A stretch of DNA of 64,000 nucleotides from Deltaproteobacteria bacterium (GTDB lineage: Bacteria; Desulfobacterota; Syntrophia; Syntrophales; JAAYKM01), in contig JAAYKM010000032.1 in the NCBI GenBank assembly GCA_012522415.1, forward strand, positions 2,414 to 66,413, given 5' to 3'. The position numbers and the translations under genes were made by a program. Within the stretch, counting starts at the first letter, position 1. Each line of letters starts with the position of its first letter. Positions 18,330-28,550 of the stretch are shown here, piece by piece. The notes beneath the pieces were generated by a model, which worked only from the letters and a program-made list of their open reading frames with translations, had not been told where the DNA came from and did not search any database.

Positions 18330-18884
18330 TTATAAAACCGTCTTCAGTATGTAATCCAGCACTTCGTTCAGGTTTGAAAATAGCCTGAAGCCGTGGTTCG
18401 CACAGACCTGATTCCACGGGCATAATAACCCCGTTGCCGGGATACCACTGGTTAAAGCCGTCTTCAGAGTGGGCGGCGCGTCATCCACGATGACATCCGC
18501 CCTGGAGAAAAGCACGGTTTTGTCCAGAGAGAGATGGAGTTCATCGTAGGGCAGTCTGTGCTTTTCAAGCCATTGTTCGGTTGGTGGCCTTGTCGAGGGT
18601 ACACGATGGCTGGCTAGGGTAAGGTGGTATCCATTTGCCTTGAGAGCGGAGAGAAAATCCCGGGCCTCGGGATAGGGCTGATACAAATCATTTTCTTGGC
18701 CATGATGAATTGTATTGATTGCGGTAAAGAAATCTTCCTGAGAACAGTATGTTTCCCATATGTCGAAATTGAACCATTGATCTGGCGAGGGAAAACGGGT
18801 GTTTATTTTTTTGAGTTCAGAATACAGGGCGTCACTGAAAGGCCAGAGGGTGTTATCGATGTCGATGATTGCTGTCCGGGTCAA
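18330..18884 (-). CDS. HAD-superfamily hydrolase (5'(3')-nucleotidase-like)
   Basis: IIDIDNTLW is the DxD motif I and a VIVDD motif lies near the C-terminus. TTG start. Confidence 0.55.
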   Translation of the reverse strand: MTRTAIIDIDNTLWPFSDALYSELKKINTRFPSPDQWFNFDIWETYCSQEDFFTAINTIHHGQENDLYQPYPEARDFLSALKANGYHLTLASHRVPSTRPPTEQWLEKHRLPYDELHLSLDKTVLFSRADVIVDDAPPTLKTALTSGIPATGLLCPWNQVCANHGFRLFSNLNEVLDYILKTVL

Positions 18885-19082
18885 GATAATACGGTCTCCT
18901 TGAAGATTTGCAGGGGTTTTAAATTACTGATTCTTCCCTTATACAGGTGTCGCGATTGCGGGGGCGTGTCGGAAAGAGGAGGATCATCAAGGGGAAGGAT
19001 CATCGCATGGTGTGATTTGAAAAGCGATCTCAAACTTTAACGCAGGCCCCGCCAATGTACGATAAAAAAACCTCTGGAAACG

Positions 19083-19538
19083 TTACCGGTCATAACGCCA
19101 GGGGATATTCTTGAATTCCAGATAGTTACGCAGTGCCTGACGGAGTGTTTCCACTGTATGTTCGGCACAGTGAAGGCTTTCCTCCGGTAGTCCTCCCAGA
19201 ACGTTAAGGATATCCCGCCCGGTGATCACCATGGCTTCGCCGACCGTTTTCCCCATAGCCATTTCAGCGCCGGAGTTGCCTGCGGCAATGGCATTGATGC
19301 ATCCGTTGGTTTGGAAGCGGACATCGCTGATCCGATCGTCTTTTACCATGAAAGAAAATGCCATCTGGTCGCCACAGTCCCGTTTCACGCAGGCGTACCC
19401 GTCCGGTCGGTCGATTGTGCCCATTCGGGTGGGTTCGAGCCAACAGCGGATCACTTCATCCGAATACTTCCCCCGCATCTCCTCCGTCAGGGCGTTTCGG
19501 ACCGCGTGGATCAAATCATTCGTTTTTGCATTATTCAT
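19083..19538 (-). CDS. NifU/IscU N-terminal-domain Fe-S cluster scaffold-like protein
   Basis: CGDQMAF...NGCINAIAAG...LHCAEH carries the three conserved Cys of the IscU fold. Confidence 0.7.
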   Translation of the reverse strand: MNNAKTNDLIHAVRNALTEEMRGKYSDEVIRCWLEPTRMGTIDRPDGYACVKRDCGDQMAFSFMVKDDRISDVRFQTNGCINAIAAGNSGAEMAMGKTVGEAMVITGRDILNVLGGLPEESLHCAEHTVETLRQALRNYLEFKNIPWRYDR

Positions 19539-19550
19539 AAGCAGGTACCC

Positions 19551-20564
19551 TCAGGTAATGGAAATTTTTAAGGTTCCGCCGCGTCCGAGGATGTCATGCA
19601 GGTGCAGGTATCCAAGGATTGTCCGATGTTCATCAATTACGACTAGGGCAGTGATTTCGATCCGCTGCATAAATTCGATTGTCTCCGCAACGGATGCGTC
19701 TTCCGCCATGGTTTTTGGATTGGGACTCATATAACGATCAACAGTTACGGCCGAAAAATCACGACCCTGACGGACGAGACGCCGAACGTCGCCGTCCGTC
19801 AGGATTCCCAGGAGACGGTTTTTATCGTCCGCAATCAGGACGAACCCCTTGTTTTTGTTGTCCATGACTTCGATGGCATGCAAAAGGGGTGTTCCCGTGA
19901 GTACACGGGGAATTTCCTCTCCCCTGATCATGATGTCACGCACCTTTGCCCGTAAACGCGCACCCAGATTCCCTCCGGGGTGAAATCGAAAAAAGTCTTT
20001 TTCCCTGAAGTTGCGTTTTCCGATAAGGGCGATGGCCAAGGCATCTCCCATGGCCAGCGAAGCGGTGGAACTGGAAGTCGGCGCAAGATTGAAGGGGCAG
20101 GCCTCCCGCTTGACGCCCACGTCAATAACGACGTCACTGAAGCGGCCCAAGGTCGAGTTGGCCTGTCCCGTGAGGGCGACCAGGGGAACGCCGATGCGCC
20201 GGATGCTTTCAACGACGGGATTCAGCTCACTGGTTTCGCCGCTGTTGGAAATAGCAATCATGACGTCGTCTTTCGTAACGATGCCGAGATCACCGTGCAT
20301 ACCCTCCACCGGGTGAAGAAAAATGGCGGGTGTCCCTGTACTCGTCATGGTCGCCACGATTTTCTTGCCGATCAGTCCCGATTTCCCGATGCCGGTGACA
20401 ATTACCCGGCCTGTAGAGCGGAAAATAAGGTCTACTGCTTTGGCGAAGTTCCGGTCAAGCTTTGGGATGAGTTGGGTGATGCTCTCCGCTTCGATCCGTA
20501 ATACTTCGCGGGCCCGCAAGACGGAATCTTCTTCATCGATACAGTGGTCAGACATGCCTATCAA
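19551..20564 (-). CDS. kdsD: KpsF/GutQ-family arabinose-5-phosphate isomerase (SIS + tandem CBS)
   Basis: VIVTGIGKSGLIGKKI, ISNSGET and a C-terminal CBS pair. Confidence 0.88.
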   Translation of the reverse strand: MIGMSDHCIDEEDSVLRAREVLRIEAESITQLIPKLDRNFAKAVDLIFRSTGRVIVTGIGKSGLIGKKIVATMTSTGTPAIFLHPVEGMHGDLGIVTKDDVMIAISNSGETSELNPVVESIRRIGVPLVALTGQANSTLGRFSDVVIDVGVKREACPFNLAPTSSSTASLAMGDALAIALIGKRNFREKDFFRFHPGGNLGARLRAKVRDIMIRGEEIPRVLTGTPLLHAIEVMDNKNKGFVLIADDKNRLLGILTDGDVRRLVRQGRDFSAVTVDRYMSPNPKTMAEDASVAETIEFMQRIEITALVVIDEHRTILGYLHLHDILGRGGTLKISIT

Positions 20565-20795
20565 CAGGTCCTCATTTAATTTTTTGTATGGCTTCGTTGG
20601 TGATTACGACCCATATCCGGTGCACGCTACCAAAAAATACAGGACAACTCAAGCGGGTTTTATGAAAAAAGTTTTGACAGACCTATGAATTTTTTATAAA
20701 CAGAAATCAGTTTTTTACTGTTGCCCCAAAACACATTTGATGTGTGCCCCATGACAGAATGGCAGAACTTCCGAATACCCAAAAGGAGGGACTTC

Positions 20796-21782
20796 ATGAA
20801 GCGTCGATGGGCTTTCATATGGATGGGCCTTTTGGTCCTGCTGCTCGTTGTTGGAATTCAGACGCAAGCCTTTTCCGCCCAGATCCACCAGGTGAAAAAG
20901 GGCGATACGTTAATCAAGATAGCAAAAAAATACGGCGTATCTGTTGAATCCATAAAAAAAGCCAATCATCTCCAGACGACCAATCTGCAAATCAAGCAGA
21001 GGCTCGTCATTCCCAGTTCCAAAGCGAAGAGCGGGGAAGAAGAAAAATTGGTCGCTTCTACGGCCGGAAAGAACAAGACTCCCGAATATTATACGGTCAG
21101 AAAGGGAGACACCCTCTACGGCATCGCAAAAAAAACAGGCGTATCCGTTACCAGTCTGAAAGCGATGAATCAGCTTAAGGGAACGTCGCTAAGAATAGGA
21201 CGCCGATTGGTTATTGCCCGGCCGGTGACAGGAGAACAGAGGACGCCGAGGCAGAACTTGCGTGCAGCAACGGATTCGGCTTCTCAGGATATCGAGAGCC
21301 TGGAAGAAGATCTGTCATTTATAACGGAACAGGAATGGGAGGAAATCGAGCGTGAACAGGGTGAAAGTGGAGAATTCCTCGGCAAATGGAGAAGCCTGAA
21401 GGAGAGACAGCTTCTGGTTAAAGTGGCCTTGGGTTTCATCGGTGCGCCATATCGAAGCGGTGGAGACACCGTTCGGGGACTGGATTCATCCGCATTCGTT
21501 CAGAAAATTTATGAAATCTTCGATGTTGCGCTGCCAAGAACGGCGTTGGAACAGGCGCGGGTGGGAAAACGGGTGGACAGGGAGGACCTGCAGGAAGGGG
21601 ACCTGGTTTTTTTCCACGATAATCACACGGCGGGTTATGTCGGAATCTACATCGGTGGCAACAAGTTCGTTCATGCATCACCGAGTGGAAACCGGGAGGT
21701 TCAAATCGGACACCTGAATGCGCCGAATGTGGGAAAATATTTTATCAGGGCAGTTCGAATCAAGGACCTTGACGACGTTTGA
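20796..21782 (+). CDS. LysM-repeat NlpC/P60 (C40) peptidoglycan endopeptidase
   Basis: AAGGAGG SD, a signal peptide, two LysM repeats (HQVKKGDTLIKIAKKYG; YTVRKGDTLYGIAKKTG) and a C-terminal NlpC/P60 domain (YRSGGDTVRGLDSSAF...GDLVFF..HVGIYIG). Confidence 0.88.
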   Translation: MKRRWAFIWMGLLVLLLVVGIQTQAFSAQIHQVKKGDTLIKIAKKYGVSVESIKKANHLQTTNLQIKQRLVIPSSKAKSGEEEKLVASTAGKNKTPEYYTVRKGDTLYGIAKKTGVSVTSLKAMNQLKGTSLRIGRRLVIARPVTGEQRTPRQNLRAATDSASQDIESLEEDLSFITEQEWEEIEREQGESGEFLGKWRSLKERQLLVKVALGFIGAPYRSGGDTVRGLDSSAFVQKIYEIFDVALPRTALEQARVGKRVDREDLQEGDLVFFHDNHTAGYVGIYIGGNKFVHASPSGNREVQIGHLNAPNVGKYFIRAVRIKDLDDV

Positions 21783-21815
21783 GAGCTCCGGACGTATTTT
21801 ATCCAGGTTAAAAAA

Positions 21816-21842
21816 GGGACAGAATACTGTCCCTTTTTTTGT
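21816..21842 (+). terminator. rho-independent terminator
   Basis: GGGACAG-AATA-CTGTCCC is followed by T9, 34 nt after the stop. Confidence 0.85.
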
Positions 21843-21911
21843 CGTCGAAACGTATGCTGCAGGGCCATATTGAATTCGCGGCATGGACTACCGAAGGAAT
21901 CATTTTTCAAA

Positions 21912-22736
21912 ATGAGGGCGATTTTTCTTTCCGATACACATCTCCGCAAGGATACAGAGGAGAATTACCGGTTTCTTCTGAAATTGTTTCGTGATCTTAC
22001 AGAGGAGATTCAAAGGGCGGCGGCTTCGGGTGGACAGTCCCTTGATGCCCTGTATCTTATGGGCGATTTTTTTGATTTCTGGTTTTGTAAAGAGGATCGA
22101 TATTATCCCGGTTTCGACAGGATTATCCAGTCTCTTAAGGAAATAAAAAAATTGGGCGTACAGATACACATATTTGAGGGGAATCACGATTTTTTCCTTG
22201 AGGATTTTTTTGCGAACCGTCTGGGCTTTTTTGTCTATCGTGATGACGCGTCAATCGATCTGGACGGACGGCGCTTCTATCTCGCCCACGGTGATCTGGT
22301 GGATCAGTCAAACCGCGGCTATTTGCTGTTACGCAAATTTCTGCGGAGTCGTTTCGTCTATACCCTGCAAAAGATACTGCCCTCCCGGCTGCTTTGGCGG
22401 ATTGCGATGATTACGTCCGAAACCAGCAAGACCATGTGGGCGGAGAGCGGAAAACGCCTGAATGATAAAATGTGCCGATTTGCCCTTGACGTTTGTGCAG
22501 GGGGTTATGACGGGGTCATATTGGGACATAGCCATGAACCTCTGGTTTGGCGGTTTTCCATTTCGGGAGAAGAAAAGGTTCTGGTCACGCTTGGTGATTG
22601 GCTTACATACCGTTCATACCTGGATTATAGGGATGGGGAATTTCATTTGAAATACTATGAAAATGATAAAATCCTTGATCGAGAAGAGAATGTTTATTTT
22701 TCGTTTCGGGGACGGAAAATGCCGCAAAAAGTATAG
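21912..22736 (+). CDS. lpxH: UDP-2,3-diacylglucosamine hydrolase (LpxH-type metallophosphoesterase)
   Basis: MRAIFLSDTHL, GDFFDFW, GNHDFF, AHGD and GHSH motifs. Confidence 0.8.
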   Translation: MRAIFLSDTHLRKDTEENYRFLLKLFRDLTEEIQRAAASGGQSLDALYLMGDFFDFWFCKEDRYYPGFDRIIQSLKEIKKLGVQIHIFEGNHDFFLEDFFANRLGFFVYRDDASIDLDGRRFYLAHGDLVDQSNRGYLLLRKFLRSRFVYTLQKILPSRLLWRIAMITSETSKTMWAESGKRLNDKMCRFALDVCAGGYDGVILGHSHEPLVWRFSISGEEKVLVTLGDWLTYRSYLDYRDGEFHLKYYENDKILDREENVYFSFRGRKMPQKV

Positions 22737-22793
22737 ACATCTGTTTTCGGTTATGTTAAGCAACACAATCTTTCTTCCGGAATTATAATTGAA

Positions 22794-22811
22794 GTATCGG
22801 GATCCCGATAC
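22794..22811 (+). terminator. perfect 18-nt palindrome, possibly the lpxH terminator or an operator
   Basis: GTATCGGGATCCCGATAC followed by CTTGTTTCT. Confidence 0.35.
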
Positions 22812-22912
22812 CTTGTTTCTCCATGACACGAGCAATCTGACAGGTGGGATATACGCGCATGAAACAATTGATTAAAATAGAAAAAAACGGCGGGCAGTCG
22901 ACGATAAAAGAG

Positions 22913-23473
22913 ATGGAAAGAACAGGCCATATCTATGTGCCCAAGAAAATGTTTTTTACCAAAGGCGTTGGTAATCACAAAGAGGAGTTGCACTCTTTTG
23001 AGCTGGCTCTGCGTGACGCGGGAATAGAAAAATTTAATCTGGTTCAGGTGTCCAGCATTATGCCTCCCGGGTGCAAGGTTGTTTCAAGGACAGCCGGACT
23101 CAGGGAGATCGAACCCGGGTCTATTGTCTATTGTGTTATGAGCCGCTGCTGCAGCAATGAGCCCCGCCGTCTTTTGGCCGCCTCAATTGGTTGTGCCGTT
23201 CCGGCGGACAAGAAAACCTATGGCTATATCAGCGAGCATCATTCCTACGGTCAGACGGAACGCCAGGCGGGCGATTATGCGGAAGACCTTGCCGCGGCCA
23301 TGCTCGCCTCCACCCTGGGTATTGACTTCAATATTGAAGAAAGCTGGGATGAGAAAAAAGAAATTTTCAAAATCAGCGGCAAAATCGTCGGAACACGTAA
23401 CATCACGCAGTCCAGCATCGTCAAACATAACGGATACACAACGGTTTTAGCTGCCGCCGTCTTTGTTTTTTAG
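22913..23473 (+). CDS. pdaD: pyruvoyl-dependent arginine decarboxylase
   Basis: FFTKGVGNHKEELHSFELALRDAGIEKFNLVQVSSIMPPGC is typical PdaD, with the self-cleavage SS region. The start is ambiguous (GTG 22844, ATG 22859 or ATG 22913). Confidence 0.85.
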   Translation: MERTGHIYVPKKMFFTKGVGNHKEELHSFELALRDAGIEKFNLVQVSSIMPPGCKVVSRTAGLREIEPGSIVYCVMSRCCSNEPRRLLAASIGCAVPADKKTYGYISEHHSYGQTERQAGDYAEDLAAAMLASTLGIDFNIEESWDEKKEIFKISGKIVGTRNITQSSIVKHNGYTTVLAAAVFVF

Positions 23474-23581
23474 AGTTTCTCTTGGGGGGATGACTGAAAC
23501 CCCTTATATCGGCATCATAAATTGACAGAGTAACGTCGCGTCGGAGTATGCAGGAAACCATCACAAAACGGGGGGTGTGAG

Positions 23582-25801
23582 GTGTTTCTGTCGGGACTGA
23601 AGGCCTTTTTTTTAGTCTCTTCCTTGCTGGGATTTTTGATTCTGGTAAGTCTGGGGCTGATTTCTCTGTTTCTAGGCCGAAAAAATCCGACCAACTATTT
23701 CTTTGCGGGCGTATGTTTTCTCGGCGCCCTGTTCAACGGCAATTTTGTACTTGTCTCCCTCCTGGATTCACCCCGCATCGCCCTGCTTGTCTACCGTTTG
23801 GTCTATTGCCCGTTTGTATTTACATTGCCACTTTATATACGGTTTACTCACGCGTTTTTGGGAATAAACACCCGCAGGGTAGTCGAGAGGATTGCTTTCA
23901 GTGTCAGTGCGGTATTTATTGCATTCTTGCCGTTCGATCTATTCTTCAACGGCTTCTATGAGCATGGGTTCGGTCGCGTTGCCCGTGGGGGGCCCGTGTT
24001 CCTTCTGTTCGCCGTGGCGGCCATTGTATCGGTGCTGTACTGTCTGGCTACGCTTGTGTACAGTGGAAAACGAGCCGTCGATAACCAGAAGAAAAACCGG
24101 ATCAAATATGTTACAGGCGGCCTGGGATTCGGTGCGCTCCTTCTCAGCTTCAATGTTTTTCCAGTGATGGGGTTTCAGGTTTATCCTTTCGGACACTTCA
24201 ACTTCGTTCCGGCGATCATTTTGGCTTTTGGTGTCCTCAAATACGACCTTCTGGACATGGGGGTCCTGATCCGTCGTGGCACCACTTACTTTATCCTGAC
24301 GGGGGTTCTGGTCGTCATCTACCTTGCCCTGCTTTATTTCATGAGTTACTTCCTCATGGTATCCGGCTATCGCAATTCAATGCTGGCTCTGATACTGGCG
24401 ATAACGATTGTTGTGCTTGTCGATCCGTTGAAGGGTCGTATCAAAAAGTGGCTGGACCACGTTTTCTTCATGGGCCGTTATGATTACAGGGAAATCCTTA
24501 AGGAGACCAGCCGCAGGCTCAATCGGATGCGCAAAACCACGGAAGTCAGGGATCTTCTGCTTGATTCCATCCTGCATCACATCCGCCTTCGTTCGATTTA
24601 TCTGCTCATGAAGGAGGGTTCTTCTGGGGAAATACGTTTTTTTGAGAAAGGAGATCTCAGATTACCGTCACATCCTGAAAAAAATCCGGAAAATGTAAGA
24701 CGTCTGTTTTCCTGTCTGGAACGCATGTCTGCCACCGCCGCCATGAGTCGAACGTCTTTGGAGCGCGTCCTTCCAGATCATCCAGACAAAAAGGGGACGA
24801 TGGCTTTGATGCATGCCCTTGGGGTTGTTGCCGTGGTTCCGTTGGTTGCCAAGGAGGGGTTGATGGGAGCCATTCTGCTGGGTGAAAAGTTCTCCGGGGA
24901 ACTCTTCGTCCATGAGGACCTGGAGGTCCTGATGACCATGGCCAACCAGGCCGTTACGGCATTTGAAAACGCCCTTTTTTTTGAGCGTCTCGAGGTCCTC
25001 AATCAGAATTTGGAAAGTCGGGTCGCGGAACGCACCGCCGCTTTGCGGGAAGCTCTTGCAGAGAAGGAAAGAACGGAAGCGCAGTTGATTCGCTCGGAAA
25101 GCCTGGCTGCCATCGGACAGCTGGTCGCCGGCACCGCTCATGAGCTGAATAATCCCCTGTCCAGCGCTTCCAGTCTCATTCAGAGCACCCTGGAAAGCGT
25201 GATGATTCCCTATGAGTCGAAAGCGAACAGGGAGGTCATGATCGAGGATCTCACATTTTCTCTGAAGGAGTTGAGAAGGGCGGGGCATATCGTCCGGAGC
25301 CTCCTAGACCTGTCACGACAAACGGATAATTATCGGGAGCGCGTAAGGATTCATGACGTCATTGATGACGCTCTGCGGGTTCTCCAGAATATCTGCAAGT
25401 CTTTTCCGGTTTATATCGAGAAGCGGTATGCCGAATTTTTGCCGGAGATGGATGGTAATTTTTCAGCGCTTGGGCAGGTCATGGTTAATCTTATCAGGAA
25501 TGCTATTCAGTCCCTGCCGAAAAAGGGTGGCAGGATCTTTTTGTCCACATGGTACGACGAAGAAGCGGGAGACGTTATTGTTTCCTGTGCCGATACGGGA
25601 CACGGCATTCCGGAACGGTCTTTGAGAGATATTTTCAAACCGTTTTTTACCACGAAGGAGGTTGGAGAAGGGACGGGTCTGGGTTTATATCTGTCTCATG
25701 AATTGATCAGGCGTCATGGCGGTAATATTTCCGTGGAAAGTCGCGTGGGTGAAGGATCTTCTTTTACAATCCGTCTGCCCACGACGGGGAGGGAAAAATG
25801 A
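23582..25801 (+). CDS. sensor histidine kinase (N-terminal 7TM sensor region, GAF-like domain, HisKA, HATPase_c)
   Basis: About 7 hydrophobic helices in the first 300 aa, H-box GTAHELNNPL, N box NLIRNAIQS, and G boxes DTGHGIP and GTGLGL. Confidence 0.9.
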   Translation: MFLSGLKAFFLVSSLLGFLILVSLGLISLFLGRKNPTNYFFAGVCFLGALFNGNFVLVSLLDSPRIALLVYRLVYCPFVFTLPLYIRFTHAFLGINTRRVVERIAFSVSAVFIAFLPFDLFFNGFYEHGFGRVARGGPVFLLFAVAAIVSVLYCLATLVYSGKRAVDNQKKNRIKYVTGGLGFGALLLSFNVFPVMGFQVYPFGHFNFVPAIILAFGVLKYDLLDMGVLIRRGTTYFILTGVLVVIYLALLYFMSYFLMVSGYRNSMLALILAITIVVLVDPLKGRIKKWLDHVFFMGRYDYREILKETSRRLNRMRKTTEVRDLLLDSILHHIRLRSIYLLMKEGSSGEIRFFEKGDLRLPSHPEKNPENVRRLFSCLERMSATAAMSRTSLERVLPDHPDKKGTMALMHALGVVAVVPLVAKEGLMGAILLGEKFSGELFVHEDLEVLMTMANQAVTAFENALFFERLEVLNQNLESRVAERTAALREALAEKERTEAQLIRSESLAAIGQLVAGTAHELNNPLSSASSLIQSTLESVMIPYESKANREVMIEDLTFSLKELRRAGHIVRSLLDLSRQTDNYRERVRIHDVIDDALRVLQNICKSFPVYIEKRYAEFLPEMDGNFSALGQVMVNLIRNAIQSLPKKGGRIFLSTWYDEEAGDVIVSCADTGHGIPERSLRDIFKPFFTTKEVGEGTGLGLYLSHELIRRHGGNISVESRVGEGSSFTIRLPTTGREK

Positions 25802-26826
25802 TCATTCTCGCGGTCGATGATGAAGAAGGGGTGCGGCGGTCACTCAGGAGAGCTCTGGAAAAAGAGGACTGGCAGGTATTGATGGCGGAAAACGGTGATC
25901 AGGCCTTGGACATTGTACGGAGCGATAGGCGTGACATCGAGGCTGTCATCTCCGATTTCAAAATGCCCGGAATGAATGGTTTGGAAACCCTGGTGGAAAT
26001 AGGGCGAATCAATCCGGAGATTACGAGGATCATGCTGACAGGTTACGCCACCATGGACAGCGCCATTGAATCGGTTAATGCCGGGATCGACGGTTTCCTG
26101 ACAAAGCCGTTTGACAATACGGAGCTTCGGGCAAAAATAAGAGAATACATTCTGAAAAAACGTCTGAAGCAATTCGTTTCCGAGCAGGTCTACAGCGAAA
26201 TGCAACAGACGGGGGGAAATCTGCTGCCGGGAAGGCGCAAGGTGACGATCCTCTTTGCGGACATACGCGGTTTTTCCTTCATGGCGGAAAGGCTTTCCCC
26301 GGAGGAGTTAACTGATTTGATGAACAAATCCTTTTACACGCCGCTGGACGATGTGATCTGTACAGGGAACGGCATGCTGGACAAGCATATTGGCGACAGC
26401 GTTATGGGGGTTTTTGGCGCCCCGCTTTCTTACGACAACGACGCCGAGCGGGCCGTGATTTCCGCCATCCGTGCCCGTGAAACCCTAGCCGCAATAAATG
26501 GTTGTTACGAGGATGAAACGCGACATATCTCCGTTGGAATAGGCATTGCCACGGGAGAAGTGCAGGCGGGCTTCTTCGGTTCTTCGAGGAAAAAGGAATA
26601 CACGGTTATGGGGATCCCGGTAATCCTCGCTGCACGCCTGGAAAGTCTGGCGGAAAAAGGCCAGATCCTGGTTTGTGAGGAAACCTATCGTCAAATCCGG
26701 CATTTTGTGTCCGCCAGGAAGATAGAATTGACTTTGTTAAAGGGTGTGGAACGCCGAATAGCTGTTTATGAGGTTCTCGGTACCATAAATGTGACAGGCC
26801 CGAAAGAAGTAACACGAACTTGCTGA
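25798..26826 (+). CDS. response regulator with a class III adenylate/guanylate cyclase output domain
   Basis: Receiver domain (ILAVDDEE...VISDFKMPGMNG...KP) plus cyclase domain (VTILFADIRGFS...GDSVMGVFGAP...GIATGEV). ATGA overlap with the kinase stop. Confidence 0.9.
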   Translation: MIILAVDDEEGVRRSLRRALEKEDWQVLMAENGDQALDIVRSDRRDIEAVISDFKMPGMNGLETLVEIGRINPEITRIMLTGYATMDSAIESVNAGIDGFLTKPFDNTELRAKIREYILKKRLKQFVSEQVYSEMQQTGGNLLPGRRKVTILFADIRGFSFMAERLSPEELTDLMNKSFYTPLDDVICTGNGMLDKHIGDSVMGVFGAPLSYDNDAERAVISAIRARETLAAINGCYEDETRHISVGIGIATGEVQAGFFGSSRKKEYTVMGIPVILAARLESLAEKGQILVCEETYRQIRHFVSARKIELTLLKGVERRIAVYEVLGTINVTGPKEVTRTC

Positions 26827-26843
26827 TGGGACAGGGTATGTTG

Positions 26844-28010
26844 TCAGTCGTCTCCTTGAAAATGGCGCGGGTTGGCAGGAACCAGATCGATGACGGTGAT
26901 CTCCGGCGGAGCAAGAACCCGTATCGGAGGGCCCCATGTCCCGGTGCCGCGGCTGACATAGAGTTGAAAACCGTTTGTCAGAGTGTAGTGACCACTATGG
27001 TAAGGGAAGAACAGTCGCGTAAGGAGTCCGAAGGGGAAAATCTGTCCCTTGTGGGTATGTCCCGAGAGTTGCAAATCCGCCATACTGATGCTTTCTGGAT
27101 CGACCACGGGCCGGTGCTTGAGCAAGAGGATGAAGCGAGAAGGCGTTGCCTTCACTACGGGGTTGCTTGTCCGTTTGGCTGATGAGGGCCACAGATGAAA
27201 GGCCTCATGGTCGTCTACGCCCGCCAGGGTCAGGAACCGGTTTATATTAACGGTCTGCCCGCGCAGCACCCTGAACCCGGCCCATTTGAGCCAGGAGATC
27301 GCCCGCTCTAATCCAACGTAGAATTCGTGATTTCCCGTAATAGCGTATTTACCCCAGGGCGGATTGAGCCGGTGAAAAGATTCCAACTGGGCGGCGAAAG
27401 AATCCGGTTGGCCGTCCATCATGTCTCCCGTGCATACCAGTAAGTCGGGATTCGTCTGTTCAACGGCGTCAACAATCCGGGTGATTTGTTTAGGACTGCT
27501 GGTGATACCCAAATGGAGATCCGAAATCTGTACGATGCGGAAGCGTTCTATATCGGGAGGGATTTTTACGGATTTGACGAGAAGACGTTCGATTTTGATG
27601 GAATAGGCCTCGTAAAAGCCGTACAGGCATATTAAAACGGCCATTGCCGAACAGCCGAGGAAAAGCGTTTTTGCGGTGGGGAACGGTATGAGCGGCGTAC
27701 CCCCAGAAAAAACCCCGGTCAGGCGGGAGACAGCGTAACAAAGGTCACCGGTCAGGGACAGGCAGAAAAACAAAAAAATAAAACCCATCCACAGGTAAGT
27801 CGTCCGGGCAAAAAATCGGGTGAACCCATCTTGACGGTATGTTTCAATGACATGAATCAAAATGGGTGACAGAAACATCAGGGCCAGGAAGCAGGCGGGA
27901 AGAAACAGAAACCAGGTGGGGAGCGAGGAACAGGCATGACGAAACTTCAGAAAGAAGTACAGGTGCATGCTTCCGTAAACTGTAAAGAAGGCGAACAGGA
28001 AAAGACTCAT
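26844..28010 (-). CDS. membrane-anchored metallophosphoesterase
   Basis: The N-terminal ~150 aa have 4-5 TM, followed by ISDLHLG, GDMMDG, GNHEFY and SGHTHKGQ. Confidence 0.85.
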   Translation of the reverse strand: MSLFLFAFFTVYGSMHLYFFLKFRHACSSLPTWFLFLPACFLALMFLSPILIHVIETYRQDGFTRFFARTTYLWMGFIFLFFCLSLTGDLCYAVSRLTGVFSGGTPLIPFPTAKTLFLGCSAMAVLICLYGFYEAYSIKIERLLVKSVKIPPDIERFRIVQISDLHLGITSSPKQITRIVDAVEQTNPDLLVCTGDMMDGQPDSFAAQLESFHRLNPPWGKYAITGNHEFYVGLERAISWLKWAGFRVLRGQTVNINRFLTLAGVDDHEAFHLWPSSAKRTSNPVVKATPSRFILLLKHRPVVDPESISMADLQLSGHTHKGQIFPFGLLTRLFFPYHSGHYTLTNGFQLYVSRGTGTWGPPIRVLAPPEITVIDLVPANPRHFQGDD

Positions 28011-28115
28011 GGCTTCATGTCTGGGAGCGATTTTAGATTAACTTACACGACGTGGACAGCGGTATCTTTTATGTAAGACAGGCCGCACGATGCTGGACCA
28101 GCTTGGGGAAACAGG

Positions 28116-28550
28116 TTATTTGTCGATAATTTCTACAAGATTGATGTCAAAGGTTAAATCCTTTCCTGCCAGAGGGTGATTCATATCGAAAGTAATATGG
28201 GTGTCCGTGAACGAAATAATCTTTGCATGACGCATCGAGCCACCCCTTTCGCGGATCTGGAACTGTTCCCCCACTATCGGTTCAAAACCTTCGGGCATCT
28301 GGGAGCGCTCTTCCTCCATGGTATAGCTTTCGATATAAGAGCCGTAGGCGTCCTCTTTCACGATCTTGACGCTCTTCCACTCGCCGACCTCCATGCCGAT
28401 GATCGCTTTTTCAAAACCGGAGATAAGCCTTTGCTCGCCCAGAACGAACTTGATAGGGTCGCCCATGAGGGTTGACATGAAGATGGAGCCGTCTTCGAAT
28501 TTTCCCGTGTAGTTGACGCAGATCATGTCCCCCAATTTTGCTTTTGCCAT
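28116..28550 (-). CDS. slyD: FKBP-type peptidyl-prolyl cis-trans isomerase (SlyD-like, no His tail)
   Basis: GDMICVNYTGKFEDGSIF...GFEKAIIGMEVGE...HPLAGKDLTFDINLVEI. Confidence 0.85.
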   Translation of the reverse strand: MAKAKLGDMICVNYTGKFEDGSIFMSTLMGDPIKFVLGEQRLISGFEKAIIGMEVGEWKSVKIVKEDAYGSYIESYTMEEERSQMPEGFEPIVGEQFQIRERGGSMRHAKIISFTDTHITFDMNHPLAGKDLTFDINLVEIIDK

